Positions 39,744 to 52,911 of a DNA stretch of 64,000 nucleotides are shown here, in pieces. Position 1 is the stretch's first letter. Each line of letters opens with the position of its first letter. The position numbers were made by a program, and so were the translations under genes. Origin of the DNA: Perna viridis (taxonomy: Eukaryota); assembly GCA_037379345.1 (NCBI GenBank), contig CM074512.1, forward strand, positions 59,417,597-59,481,596. Reading direction: 5' to 3'. The notes under the pieces were generated by a model. That model made no database searches. It saw only the letters and a list, made by a program, of their open reading frames with translations, and was not told the origin of the DNA.

Positions 39744-42700
39744 ATTATTGTACTGACAACAGGTGATGGTCAAAGGTCCTTTTTCTCCAACTTCAACTTG
39801 GAGCTACAGCTGCAAGCATCAGTATTTGGCTATGTCGATTCAAAATTTTGGTAATTATTAAAAAATTTTTCTCTCATTTCCAAGTTTCATAGTTAGTTGA
39901 GTTGTCTCCCTTTCAAGAGACATTATATACATTGTATTTTCAGCTGCAGTCGTGTAATTTCCCATTTGCCAAAATGTAAATTTTGTAAATAAATAGTTTA
40001 CTTTAATCTGGTTTGTTATTCTATAAGTATAGTGTCATGAAGTTCATTGAATATAAAGGTTCATACATGTACATGAGAAGAAGTTATGGGCTTGGTTTAG
40101 TTTCAGGTATTATTTTGAAGGTACACTGTGTTCGGTCATTTATTCATCACAAAACAAAGAGCATTGTCGAAAAACATAAGTTTACAATGGCGATTTACAG
40201 TATTTGAAACTTTAGGTGCTTTGTGTATTCATGTTTATATATGTACATGTTGTACATGTAAATATGAGATTTGGGTGAAATATGGTATGGCAATGTTGTT
40301 TGTTCTTTACACAGAAATAGAGTAATAAAACTGGACAAATATGTTGTCATTCAAAAATTCCAGCATTTTGAAAACATGTTCTCCGGTATATTTGGAATAT
40401 CTACCTGATAAAAATCTTGAATTGAGTATAATGACTTCTGTCAGTTTTGAAGTGGAATAGCCCAAGGTAATACCATTTATGCTGTAATACTCAGTGTAAA
40501 TTCTAGTTCAACCAGGCCGTAGGTCACAGTCAACTAGCTGTAAATTGTTACTTACACGAGTGTAGAGTTAAAACCAATGCCATTTCACAGAATCGGTGAA
40601 ACTAATATTATCCCTAAAGCTTACCGACTGCTAAAAGTCACTACGCAGACACATTATTTTTATCATCAGCAAAGCATGACAATACTCAAATAAAAAATTG
40701 GCATTTTGTTCAATACAAATTTGTAATACAAATTAACATTTTATGAAGAAACAGAATACACTGAACTTATGTTACAATGTTCATAGGCTCTATAGCTTAA
40801 AATGGAGATGCTTCCTTAACCAGTGATCAAAATGAAAACATAAATATTTAAATGGTGAAAAGCGTGATTCTTCTAAGTTAAATATTGTTTCCCCTCTCTC
40901 TTCCTTACCTGTCTTTGTCCCCTTCCTTTTCTACCATGTGTTTGATTTACAAAAAATGTAATTATATCCAATTACGTCCTAAAAAATCAAACGTGCAATA
41001 TGTTCATACGACATATATAAACACAATTGATGTAGAGGGTGTAACACGCATATTGACACACACACACACTATCATTCTTGTATATGCGCGCACCGCGAAA
41101 CGGTGTGAGCTCTATGGTTATTACATGTACTTATGGCAAACCAAAGTGGACAAAAATGAGTGTTTTCTAGAATAAAAAAATGATTGAAAACGTGGATGTA
41201 CGTACGTGTAACTCCGATGTTCAACTGTTGCGGTTGTCAAGAACCTAACCCGCCTCGACTAAAAAAATATTATCAAAATCGAAGCATGGCTTTTCTAAGT
41301 TAGGAAAGACAATCATTTTCTTTTGGGAATTTGCAGCTGTCAGTTGCGTCTGAATTTTGTTTACGTCACATGATAAGTCAAACTCCGGAGCATTGGTCTC
41401 TTCCATGCCGGCACTACTTTTGCCATTCCATTAGTGGTACGGAACTGGAGCTGCTTTGGAGTTTGGTGATAGTGTAAATTATAGTCCCACCATCCATGGG
41501 GAACTGTAATATATCCGATATTGTACAAATTAAGCTGACCCGCTAAAACTGAAAAGGTTGTTGCAAGAGGAACCTTTAAGGTTTAAAATTGTAAAGTATG
41601 GCGAAGTGCTACAAAGTTATCAACCATTGAAAGCAAGGAGGAAAAGGTGGCTGTGGCTGAGATTTTGGAATAAAAACATTTTTTTTTTCATTAATTGAAA
41701 AAAAATCTCCCAATTATTCAACAAGGCAGATTTTCACATAAAAATATTGATTTCGTTTGTGGCTGAAATATAAACAAAAATATTACACTTGCGAAACAAA
41801 AATTCGCATCCACCCCAACCTATTTACATGTCTCGCACAGACGGTACACGCATGGTAAAGCTCACAGTGCTTGCTGATAAAGGCTATGCCTACTCCATAT
41901 CAATTGTTTTGTTTTATAGTATTATGTATGTACATAATTATTTTAATGTAACTTTTTAAATTGCACCGAAGTGGAGAGAAATTATAACTATGTCCAGTTG
42001 GTATTATTTATCCAACTTAAAAAAAAATATAGAGTTATCCTTCTTTGCATTTCGTGTAACAATGAATTACCTAAAATTGTATTTAGCCTTTGAATACCTA
42101 AACATTGCTTATTGAGAATTGATTATGCATTCTTTGACACAATGCACTTATTTCATTTAATTACACGCAGAAGAGATTTTCTTATAGCAAAATTAGAAAA
42201 CCCGTTTTCAGCAAATATTGATCAGTGTTTCACAACCGGAAGTAATATTGTTTATATTTAGTGTTGACGTAGACCGAAGGCAAAACCGTTACTTAAATCC
42301 ACTTATTTCCTTATGACCTCAAATATGTGACTCAAAATCTGTACAGTAAGTATCATCATAACTATTTTTTAATTTTAATTTTAACTGAAATCGTTACCGT
42401 TAACACCGTCGAATGACAATTTTTTTTAAAGATATTATACATGCATGTATTGCTATACATGGCGTCTTAAAAATTATCACTATTTTCTGTTTTCGTACGA
42501 ATGTGTTCTAAGGTCTTTCTATCCACAGTCCAGTGGGGAGTCCCCTTATGCTCGAAAAGTTAAGAATGGGTCAATTCTTGCGCAAGTTTGATTTAGGAAT
42601 TTCTGGATCGACCACTGCATTTGTATCATTGATAACGAAACAGGTTAACTTTCATGTCACCTCTGTACTGTGATGGATTTCAATTTCAGACGCAGTGGTC

Positions 42701-43305
42701 GATTGTGCTCGCGTACAAAGATTTATTACACGCCTATCCGTACATCAACCGATCATGCACAGTTACTGTTAAAAATATCTTTTTAGTAGGAAATTACCCT
42801 TTGTGATATAAAATAAATATATGCTACATTCCATCCTACCATCCACTAAAACAAAGTTTTTCAGCCAAACTTGGGGTGACCATAGATATCTATTTTAAAC
42901 TCTATTGATTTTCTTTGTCGCGTCAACGGTCAGCGCCAATGACTATGACTTCCCAACATCAACAATAAATTATAGGCTTTAAGGTTGATGAACGATTAAA
43001 AAAAATGCCGTATAAATAATGGTACATAAATTTTGGGTTATAACAAACTATTGTACCTAATGATCAAGCATTTTTGTATTCCAATCAGGATTAAAAAATA
43101 CCGAGATATCACAGGTTTGTACACAGGGAGAGCTGCGACCTCACTTCCCCTTTTTGAAAATCAATAAACACTATAGTAATAAAACACGTCGTGACTATTA
43201 AAGTCGACATAGGAGCCCCCAGACCGCGGTCAATTAAGTTTCCACCCCTATGGAAAATCCTGAGTACGAGCATAATGGAACAGAAAAGTCCAAATACATA
43301 ACGTG

Positions 43306-44330
43306 AAAACATGAAATCGAGACTTTCTACATACAAAATCCGGCAAAGTACATGACCAAACCATGAAAACATGAAACCGAGCCTTTCTACGTACAAAATC
43401 CGGCCAAGTGCAATGAAACTTCTCCAAACCGGATCCTGAGAAAACCGGTCTTCCCTCCAAACCGGCCGTTTTCAAAAGTCCCGGCCGATATACATTAAAA
43501 CCTGTGTGTTTTGTATTCAATAGACCGGCCACCCCTTAAAACCGTACATCGGCCGGTTTTTCATAGTTTTAGATACATATTTCAAATAAAAACAACCTCT
43601 CAATTTCGGCCGCCCGGTTATTGTTCACCTGTAATAGATGTGTCAACAAAACTAAATGATTACTTAATATTACGTAATTAATAATTCATTCATTGACCAG
43701 TTTACATTTCATCAGTGGACAGATGATAACTGAAGGGGACAGTAGTTTTAACAACAAATTTAATCCAGACATTATTTTGTTTTTCACTGGTTGGCTGTTA
43801 AATTGGTGTGTACACACGTCAGGCAACCGGGGTCATTTAATAGTACGATCTTTACCATCTTTTAACTGTCAATTAATGTGACCTGTACCCAAGCCAAAAC
43901 AACATAGGGGTGAAATTATTACACTTTGTTTATAGGTAATTTACGAAAACAATACAAATAATTAATTACCATCAATAGCCCTTTGATCTTTAATACACAT
44001 TCTTTCAAATCCGTGAATATTATTTTGTCGGCAGTACCGTTTGTAAAATCAAATCATTTACAAATGATGCAAGCTTTGAAATGTAATAAAAGGCCAAAAG
44101 TTCTGAATTGGCATTAAACATGTCTCGACTGACAAAATGTAGGGTTGTTGAACACATTACTGGAAACAGCTCTTAGAATACATTGCTATTTTTCACAAAA
44201 CCGGCCATTTTTTCTAGTCCCAGTGGTAGCCGGTTTGGAGAAGTTTCACTGTACACGACCAAACCATGAAAACATGAAACCGAGACTTTCTACATACAAA
44301 ATCCGGCCAAGTACATGACCAAACCATGAA
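43306..44330 (+). repeat. 60-bp tandem repeat (about 3.5 units) split by a MITE
   Basis: Unit AAAACATGAAACCGAGACTTTCTACATACAAAATCCGGCCAAGTACATGACCAAACCATG at 43306 and 43366, resuming at 44252. Confidence 0.85.
43411..44251. mobile_element. Tc1/mariner-pogo-type non-autonomous element (TA target)
   Basis: TIRs CAATGAAACTTCTCCAAACCGG / CCGGTTTGGAGAAGTTTCACTG; flanks TG (mutated TA) and TA; removing it restores the 60-bp unit. Confidence 0.85.
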
Positions 44331-45675
44331 GACTATATACTCTGCAAGGTGCATATGTAACAATAGAATAAAATGCAATTACATGTACATATTTAAAACT
44401 GTAGATAAGGAAAACAAGACAAGGGAGTCCTATAACTATTTCAATCCATGTACATTTAATAACTTATTGTGTGTGAAATGACAATTATGTTGCAGTGGTT
44501 TTAATTAAGTCTAGAATACGAATTTAGTATACTGCAGAGATGAGATTTGATGGAAATGTGTAATATAATTGTAACATAAATGCATGTAAGATATATCACC
44601 GGACATTTATTTGACTTACTTGAAGAACTTAGGTGAAATATTTCTGGATTTCATGCACAGCTTTATGAAACACTTGGTGACTTTATTATTTTTTTTTAAA
44701 TTTTCAAGACCGTAAGCCTGTACGTATATGAAAGTTATCCCAACCCCCATTTACTATATGTACACAAGAAACATCTACTGGAAGGATGCTACTACTGATC
44801 AGTGGCTATGTTCACTCTAAGATCATAGAAGTATTTTAATTTGTGAATTCTCCTCGGGACAATTGTTTCTGGAGAGGCAAGGAAACTTACAAATGTAAGC
44901 CTTATACACTCTTGGTGTGCACCAACCATGAAAATTGAATATAATGTGTTGCATCTAAAAAAGTGAATAAAAAAAGCCTGAAAAAAAACGTACAATTATC
45001 GACCAATATACATGTACTCCATGATTCATAGTATGACTGCATGAATGTGTGTCTCTTTCTAGCGGCTATATATACATGTAGATGTCTGGTTTTTATTATT
45101 TTTTTTTGTTTTTTGTTTGTGTTTTGTTTTGCTTAGTTGTTTTTTGTTTGTTTGTTTGTTTGTTAAAATGAATATGATACTGTCAAGTTAATTATTGATA
45201 TAAGTAATTTAGATGTGTTTTAAAAAAATGATTCAATAGGCTGATTGGTGGAATTATCTTCCTTTAAGTGTTTTATTTTTAGCATGTGCTTCATATTTGA
45301 AATTTTATCAAAAATATTATTTTTCTCCATACAATAATCTTCTCGCTCCTTGTGAGCTCAAGACTGTTCATGTTTATGATAAGATGGCACATAAATGTTT
45401 GATGTAATCAACAAAATACATGTAGTGTTAAATTTATGGATGAGCATTTCTTGTAAATATTGGTGTCTTTAAATTATTTTTTTTCCACTAATTATTCTCT
45501 TTTTGGAAGGAATAAGTGATTCGTTTCTATATCTGTTTGTTGCTCTGTTTGATTTTGTTCTATTGCAATGCAGTCATTTTTTTCATTTCTCCCAGTTTCA
45601 TTCTCAGCTTATTGTAACATACATGTACCGTAGATGATCATTCTATATTTCTATTTTTTTATTTACAGGTATAAA

Positions 45676-46737
45676 ATGGGTGCGTTGCTAAGTACTGGTA
45701 TAAAACATGATCGAACCACCTATACTGATAGAAAGAAAGAAACAAGCTCTGCGGAATGGCCGACTGACAAGTGCATAACTTTGACACTCGATTTGTATTT
45801 CCCTAGAAAGTCTCTGTACACTACAAACACATACTACCAGTATTATATCGGACAACTCGGTTATTATCATTTCTTTGATTTATATCTTGAATTATGCGGA
45901 ATACTCATTGGCGGGCAGTGTGATGTTGAAGATGAATGTGATTTTGAATGGAATTCGTTCCGCAATTTTCTTGGAAAAAGCTATAATCATGTAGATATCT
46001 TAACATCAAAAAACTTCCTTGAAACAACTGTAATGCGTTATGTTCGTGTTGGTATAAATTTTGGAGAAGATCTCGACGAATTAGTTTTTCGTAACGACGA
46101 GGAAAAACGACGATTAGAAGAATTTGGAAAAATAGGGAGCAAACTCTTGAAGTATCCAGTTCATGGACAGCAACTGTTTTGTACAATAAAAACGGGTGAT
46201 ATGTACACTGCTACATTTATGAAGTTTCCTTTTATGACAGAGGTATTTAATCATTTAGGCCTCTCTACCAAGTCATCAATTATGTCGACCATGGAGGCTA
46301 GACTTAAAACTTGCAAACGCTTACAGAATACATACGATGCCAGCGTTGAAGACTTTGCCTATAACTTGGCTGAAGCTGGGTTGTATTTAACAACTGATGA
46401 AATTCTTTCTCAGTGTTTCGACTGTGGGGGACTTGTAAATATAGGAAAATGTGATTTTGATCCATGGAAGGTTCATGCTAAATATCACCCATGTTGTCCT
46501 TATTTATTGAAAATGAAAGGTCAAGATTATGTTGATAGAATTCGAAGAGATTTCAAAGAACAAGTAGACATTAATCCACGGTGTATTCTACAGTTCGACA
46601 ATCGGTGGCATGCACCAGACACGGAAGATGACGATTTAGACAGTAACTGGACGGAGTCAGCATCAGATTGCAGTGATTATTATTCCGAAAACGGTGAAGA
46701 CGATGACGACGAAGACGATCATGATGACGAGTTTTGA
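45676..46737 (+). CDS. Single-BIR IAP-family protein (353 aa) with N-myristoylation motif and acidic tail, no RING
   Basis: Acceptor TTTACAG just upstream of the ATG; MGALLS; EARLKT...LAEAGLY...C-x2-C-x16-H-x6-C (CFDC...DPWKVHAKYHPCCPYL); D/E-rich C-terminus. Confidence 0.88.
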   Translation: MGALLSTGIKHDRTTYTDRKKETSSAEWPTDKCITLTLDLYFPRKSLYTTNTYYQYYIGQLGYYHFFDLYLELCGILIGGQCDVEDECDFEWNSFRNFLGKSYNHVDILTSKNFLETTVMRYVRVGINFGEDLDELVFRNDEEKRRLEEFGKIGSKLLKYPVHGQQLFCTIKTGDMYTATFMKFPFMTEVFNHLGLSTKSSIMSTMEARLKTCKRLQNTYDASVEDFAYNLAEAGLYLTTDEILSQCFDCGGLVNIGKCDFDPWKVHAKYHPCCPYLLKMKGQDYVDRIRRDFKEQVDINPRCILQFDNRWHAPDTEDDDLDSNWTESASDCSDYYSENGEDDDDEDDHDDEF

Positions 46738-47019
46738 GTGATATATTTATGTTATACTATCAAATCATCATGATTTCGATAAATCGGTCTTAAAAATTGT
46801 TTATCATTCCAATACTTCAGAACTTATAGGGGTTAGAAAAAAGTTCTGAAGTGATTTAAAGATGAAAGCTCCAAGGTTGTGAATTTATGATGGATGAAAC
46901 TTTTTGAAACTTTAAAGTCATTAAGGTATGAGATGAAAACAAAATATTCTTTTAGTATGCGTCAAACGAAAAATTTAACACATTAGTCTCATAGTACAGT
47001 AAGTGACATGTATTTGTTG

Positions 47020-47900
47020 TTATACTCCCGTCTTTCAAGAGGGGGCGGTTCATTGTATACCGGTGTCCGTCCGTCCGTCTGTCTTTAACACTTCGCAGAA
47101 TAATTTAAAAGTGCTGCCACTTTTTTCTGCGAAACTGGTGAATAGTTTCTTTCTATTGATGTGAGTTGCGATTTGATTTTTATATATTTCCAATTTTTGT
47201 TTTTTAGACGACTGAAAACAAATTGCGGTCGTATGATGGTGTCATGCTGTTGTTTTCGTCGTCAATGGCCTCGTCGTTCATTGACAATTTTGTTTCAAGA
47301 CAATAACTTAAATTTAAGTATACGGATCTTCATTAGATTATACCACAAGGTAGCATACCGATAGGAAGGCCGGGATTGGTTTAGGGGGTTGTGACTTAAA
47401 CTGTTTAAAAGTGACTGGCCTAAAATATGCCATTTTGATTATGTTCAAGTTTTTATCTTGTAACAAATATTTATTCGGCTATACATGTATCAAGCCTGGG
47501 TGGTCTGTCCAAATACTTTTTGGTGCCTGGACCTGTGACTGCTTTAGGAGTTGTGACTAAAATGTTCAAGATTGAGGGCCGAAAGGACCTAAGAATAAGC
47601 ATTTTCGTTATTTCCGGACAATAGGAACGCAGGGTTTGATTTAGGGGTTATACCTTGTACCAACTAAGGGACCATGAGGGACGCAAACAAACACTTTCCT
47701 GATGTCTTAAAAGGAAGGCATAGCGATTTTAGGGATTGTGACTGGAACCGTACTGTAATTAGGGACAAAAGGGTATCATTTAGATTTTGGTCAAACTCTT
47801 ATCCTATGTTAAACATTTAATCACATTCAAAATTCCAAGCTGTATGAAGCTTGAACTGGCCGAAACTGTTCGGAGTTCGACGTCTGCGAAGCATTTTCAT
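47020..47900 (+). repeat. Probable non-autonomous Helentron-associated (HINE/DINE-like) repeat
   Basis: (GTCC)n/GTCT microsatellite near the 5' end and recurrent internal units (TTAGGGGTTGTGACT...); related pieces at about 50480-51020 and 55450-55620. Confidence 0.5.
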
Positions 47901-48764
47901 TGAGTTACGGGACTATAACTAAAACCATTGCAGTTATGTCCACGAGACTTTGGTGAACAAGTTATTAATATTTAATCATGTATACGCATGCAAAATTAAC
48001 TGGACACTTATATGAACACATTGAAGCATTATTTTAGAATGCCACCGCACTGTAGATAAATTATTGGTGAGCTGTCATTAAAACTGTTGTTATTTTAAAG
48101 GAATCAATTTTAAGGTTTGCGACTTGTCATTTACAATCCAATAAATCTCTTTATTGCTATTTATTATTTATTTATTTTATTTATTCATTGTATTGTTAAA
48201 ACTAGGGTACTTTAATTAGAGTCTTTTCAGAATTGGGTGATAATTTTGTAAAGTTAACACTAGGGAAAGAACATTTTCAAGATTCAGAAAATCTTTTGTC
48301 CCCAATGCTTGCATGTGTCTTTTTCAAGTTAAAAGTACATAATGCTTAGTATAAGGTGCTAGATATTTAATGGTTGAAATTGCGTTAGACAGTCTGAGTT
48401 TTGATAATGATGTAGCACAGGTGTATACTATAGCTTAAAACTTTGTTATTTTCATTCACATATTGTTATTGTTTGATTATTGCCAATAAAACATCAAAGG
48501 TGTAATACTACATTACTTATATGTTCCCATCTAATAGATACAGACCACAAGCAGTGACGTAGCTAGGGTTAATATATTTGTAAGCGATTGGTCTGGGTGG
48601 TGGCAGCCCCTTTAAAGCTGAGCATAATTTGCAAGTAGTACAGTAGCACATCAATAATCTTTCCTTCTGGTAATAACTTCTACATCAAAATTACAACTGG
48701 GTTAAATTTTAAATGTACAGAACAAGCGCTTGGAAGTACAAAATCACAGCCAGCTTTGGTATTT

Positions 48765-49290
48765 TTATTTGCAAAGGAAGTTTATGGATATATAGGGTCC
48801 TCACCGTCCGTCTGTCTGTTCGTGTATCCGATATATTTTATAAGCAGCTTGCAGCATTGTAATGAAACGTTGTGGGTTGTAATATAATAACACTGAGATG
48901 TGCATACAGGAATTTAAATTTGAACAAAAATTATAGACAAACATTTTTCAACAAAAATGGTCTGATGCGTTGTCCGCAACCAACTTCTCCTTAACGACTT
49001 GCATGGGTTTTTATGAAACTTAATTGGTTATTAATTTACCACACCGGGATGTGCATGTCAGAAATTTATGTTTGGGCACAACTTGTAGAAATGATGACCG
49101 TTTTTCAGTAAAGTTTGGTAGATGGGTTGTCCACAACTTCTCCTTAACCACTTGCAGGAATGTTATGAAACTCCATGGAGTGTTAGATTACCAAATGGAG
49201 ATGTGCATATTGTCAGGGCTAGTCATATTCTGTTATTGTGTTGGCAACAAAAATATAGTAATGATTGCCGTTTGGAGATGGGTGTTTTAG
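48765..49290 (+). repeat. Probable HINE-like repeat with about 150-bp internal units
   Basis: CCGTCCGTCTGTCTG head; CAACTTCTCCTTAAC(G/C)ACTTGCA repeated at about 48981 and about 49134. Confidence 0.5.
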
Positions 49291-49599
49291 AAATAGCAGC
49301 AAATTGTGTGTCAAAAAGCTTAGTCTGTACACCATAAAAATTGTGTTCAGTATCAATTGTATGTCCATATTGGGCTTCAAATGTACAGGTTGCAGGCAGG
49401 TATTAGTCCACAACAAGATTGCCAATGTTGCAATATGTCCCCCACCTCCGCAAAAAAGTTGAAGTGCAATGTCTAGGTTTGTTTTGTTTTTGTTGTTTTT
49501 TTTTTTTCTTCTTCAGTAAAACAAGAAGATAATTATTAAAACAATTAACAAAGAATCGATTAGAAAGCAACCTTGAATGGTTAGTTTCAGTTGTTTGGC

Positions 49600-50250
49600 T
49601 TTTCTATCACATCTTGTACCGACTAACCGAGGTCATCTAACGTGTCAACGATTAAAGCATGAACAGATTTGAATGTATTTAGTGCATCAGCCCCTCATTC
49701 CTTTTATTTTTTGTCGACCGTCAAGAGCCTTTTTCTGCTCTTGCGCAGCCTGATCCAGCATTCTTTAAAACCTCCCTGTCCTTTTAGTATAATAACTGAA
49801 GAGGCAAATGAGACATCCTTCGCTGTATCAACTACATTGCGAGTAACAGAAAGCTGTTATGACTTATCTATCATGGCTGAAGTTGCATCCGCAAATCCAT
49901 CCAACGAACGACTCTTTTAACACACAAATCACCGTCACTACCAGTATCAACATAACGGACACATAGAAAAAACTGTTCTGTAGTAGAAAGAAACGAAACG
50001 TCGGTGGTTTCATCTGCAATTATCCTGAAGCAACCCTGCTATACGTTGATGCAGCTATTGGCCACAAATGTATCAATTTTAGGTGATAAATTATCGCGCG
50101 TTTGGGTGTCTACTTTGTAAATGATCTGCCAATATTTGATCAGTTTCGGCTCTAAATTTGATGAGAGCAGCGAAATAACGGTTTCCATCGGTATGACCGC
50201 GAAAGGGGTATTCTGCTTCCCTCACAAATAAATAGTAATAAGCTAATGTA
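49600..50250 (-). pseudogene. hAT-superfamily (DUF4371 / ZMYM1-PRKRIR-like) transposase relic
   Basis: Manual minus-strand translation: KQNTPFRGHTDGNRYFAALIKFRAETDQILADHL, NLSPKI, IIADETTDVS, TTEQ-LCVRYVD-ESFVG. Confidence 0.8.
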
Positions 50251-51229
50251 CGGTTATACTTGTATAAATGGTACGGTAATATTGCTGGTCGTTTTCATCG
50301 TCCGTATAAAGACATTTGGTTACTGAACATTTAAATGAAATTTTAGGAGAAGTTAATTTCCATACCACAAAAGGGAGTTTGTGATCGGTTCTGAAAATGG
50401 CAACATCATCTAAGGCTTCATGGGACGCATATGGTGGAACAGAACATGGCGAACTTTTATAAAAAATTTTAAAAATTTTGCGGTCGTAATATGATCGTCA
50501 GTAGATACTTGGTTTTCTAGCATTAACTTTTAAATTAGCTGGCTGATCTTTATAAATTTTACCAGGTTTAAAACCACCAAAAGGTGGTTTGTGTAGATTT
50601 TTAGGGTAATGGCTCCAACTGTTTTGGAATTACGGGCCACTAAGTGTAAAAAATACAAGAATATTCAATTATTATATACATGAGTTGAATTCGATTTCTC
50701 TTCGATTTATTATTTCCCGGAAACGGCATTTTTCCGTCATCCGTTTTTGTTTATGAGTGCTTGATGTGTGTCGTCAGTGAAAGTAGGGGTTATATCCGTT
50801 TTGGAAGGAGGGCCAATAAAAGGAACAGAAAGAAGCATTTTCATTATATCTGGACGGTAAGTTAAGTACATGTGAATTTATCTTGTACAAGGTGCTATAT
50901 CATCAAAGGAATGGTGGGATTGATTTAAGGGTGTTGTGACCTGAACTAATTAGGAATTCTTAGGTACCAAATACGAGTCAAAAACAGCATTTTTCTGATA
51001 ATAACGCGTAAAAGGGAATGGAAGTTATACCACAAAGTTTAACGAGATTGCCATGCATAGCCATATGTTGCATAGCCATTTTTCCCGCCGCAAAAAAAGT
51101 TGAAGTGCAAAAGCACAATAACTTCTGTAAAATTTAAAATTTGTCGAAAAAAAATTACGGGGCAATATGATCAACCAAATATGGTGACTATCAATCCTAA
51201 AAAAAAAATGAACAATATCTGTTGTTCTG

Positions 51230-51957
51230 ATGAGCTGGTCCAAAAAGGAGTAAGACCTCGCCATCAGTAAAAATTTTCAAAACTCATCTCGAAAATGAGG
51301 TAGTCAAAAAACCAATATATCACTATTGCGGATCACGCAAAGGTCAAATCATACATGCCCGACTTCGTCTTCGGTGTAGCGAGCTACATAAAGATCTTTT
51401 CGACAAAAAACATTATTCCATCCCCATAATGCCAATGCGGCGAAATAGAATCTGCGAATCACTTCTTACTCCTTTGTCCATTATAGGAATCGCTTAGGAG
51501 ACAACATATCTCAGCACTTAAACTTCCTGATCACCTGAATTCAAATATTCTCCTATTTGGATCAGATGAGATGTCTAATGAGTATAACGTTGAAATATTT
51601 ACCAAAGTTCAAAACTTTTTGATACAGAGCAAACGCTTCAGATTAAAAACCTAAATTACAAAGTTACTTCTTTTGAATAATTTTGATAATTCCTTATGAT
51701 CTGAGTAAATACATAGAGCATTTAATATCAACCTCTTCGCTTTGCACCTAACTCACCAAATGCACGTTATAAGCACTAGAGCACTACTTCCTTGAGCTAT
51801 GCTATATGATATAACTATTATTCATGATTTCAGGAGATATAAGACTTTAAGTCTTGTTTCTGAATCCTGTGATTAATTTGCTATTGTTCGTCTAATTCTG
51901 TTGTTTTGGTTTGATGTTAAAATATGCAAATTACTTAATAAATATGTTTAAACTAAA
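51230..51957 (+). mobile_element. 3' end of a non-LTR LINE (CR1-group-like)
   Basis: GSRKGQIIHARLRLRCSELHKDLF...CQCGEIESANHFLLLCP (CCHC), LLFGS...FLIQSKRF; 3' stem-loop CAGGA...TCCTG and an AATAAATATGTTTAAACTAAA tail. Confidence 0.8.
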
Positions 51958-52518
51958 GAGTTCCTATAGTGTAATACAGTATGTATTTATAAATTCAATA
52001 AGTCCATTAACTTCTGTAAAATCTGGCGAAATTAAAATGGCGGCGCAATAAGATCAAGCACATATGATGACTAACAATCTTACAAAATTTGAACAAAATC
52101 CGTTGAGCAGTTTGCGTGTAGTTGCCCTAATGTGTAGAGAGTAAAAAAAATCATCGAAGTCCAATAACTCCTGTCAATCTGGAGGCGCAATATGATTAAC
52201 TAACAATCCTACAAAATTTGAACAAAATCCGTTGAGCGGTTTGCGTGGAGTTGCCCTGAAGTGAAGAATGCAGTAGGATCAACTAACAATCATATAAAAT
52301 GTGAACAAACCCGGTTTCCGAGGAGGCGCATAATTCTGGGTCCGCCATAAGCCTTGGTCCGGTCGGATACAGAATGTTAACATTCAGAATCACGATAATC
52401 CGCCTACCTATAATTCTCTATGCCCCGTAAATTTAAAGTCTGGGTCCGGCCTGGTTGACATAAGCTTAAACCAGTAATGATTATAATATAACAGTGTCTA
52501 ATTTGTACATATATATAA

Positions 52519-52670
52519 GGTCTGAAAAATTCCCAACGATGTTAGAACTGTCAAATTTGCAATTGCAAATGTTTGGTCGTTCCCTCCGCGGGACTCGAAC
52601 TCGTACCGCTGTGACATCTGTGGCAACACCGCCTGTACAAAGTCCAGCGTCCTAGACCACTCGGCCTAGC
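52519..52670 (-). mobile_element. tRNA-derived SINE embedded in (TA)n
   Basis: A-box-like TAGGCCGAGTGG and B box GTTCGAGTCC, followed by a non-tRNA tail; (TA)n on both sides. Confidence 0.75.
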
Positions 52671-52688
52671 TTATATATATATATATAA

Positions 52689-52763
52689 GGGTCTGAAAAA
52701 TTCCCAACGATGTTAGAACTGTCAAATTTGCGAAGCAAGTTTTTGGTCGTTCCCTCCGCGGGA
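52689..52763 (-). mobile_element. 5'-truncated tandem copy of the same SINE
   Basis: Near-identical to 52519-52593 and flanked by (TA)n. Confidence 0.75.
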
Positions 52764-52911
52764 TATATATGTATGTGTGTGTGTAATTTCAGTAGTTGCA
52801 AACCTACTCCATATTTACCTGTGCACATCCGCTGTGGAGCTGTAAATTAATATATATGGAGACAGCTTTATAACTCTTGTCTTTTGTGGTTCACCATGAC
52901 CATTAAAAGTA

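Larger units (their letters stand above)
34330..39745 (+). mobile_element. Ngaro-like (DIRS order) tyrosine-recombinase retrotransposon, decayed
   Basis: Order gag - RT - RNase H - YR, no methyltransferase domain seen; terminal split repeats not found, so the ends are approximate. Confidence 0.9.

Noticed and set aside
41320-42800. NF-kB-like and CRE/E-box sites upstream of the BIR gene (GGGAATTTGC at about 41325, GGAAATTACCC at about 42789)
   Set aside because: Short motifs expected by chance, and the transcription start is unknown.
52570-52670. Functional tRNA gene
   Set aside because: No acceptor stem or 7-nt anticodon loop can be formed; it has a SINE-like tail and a tandem partial copy.
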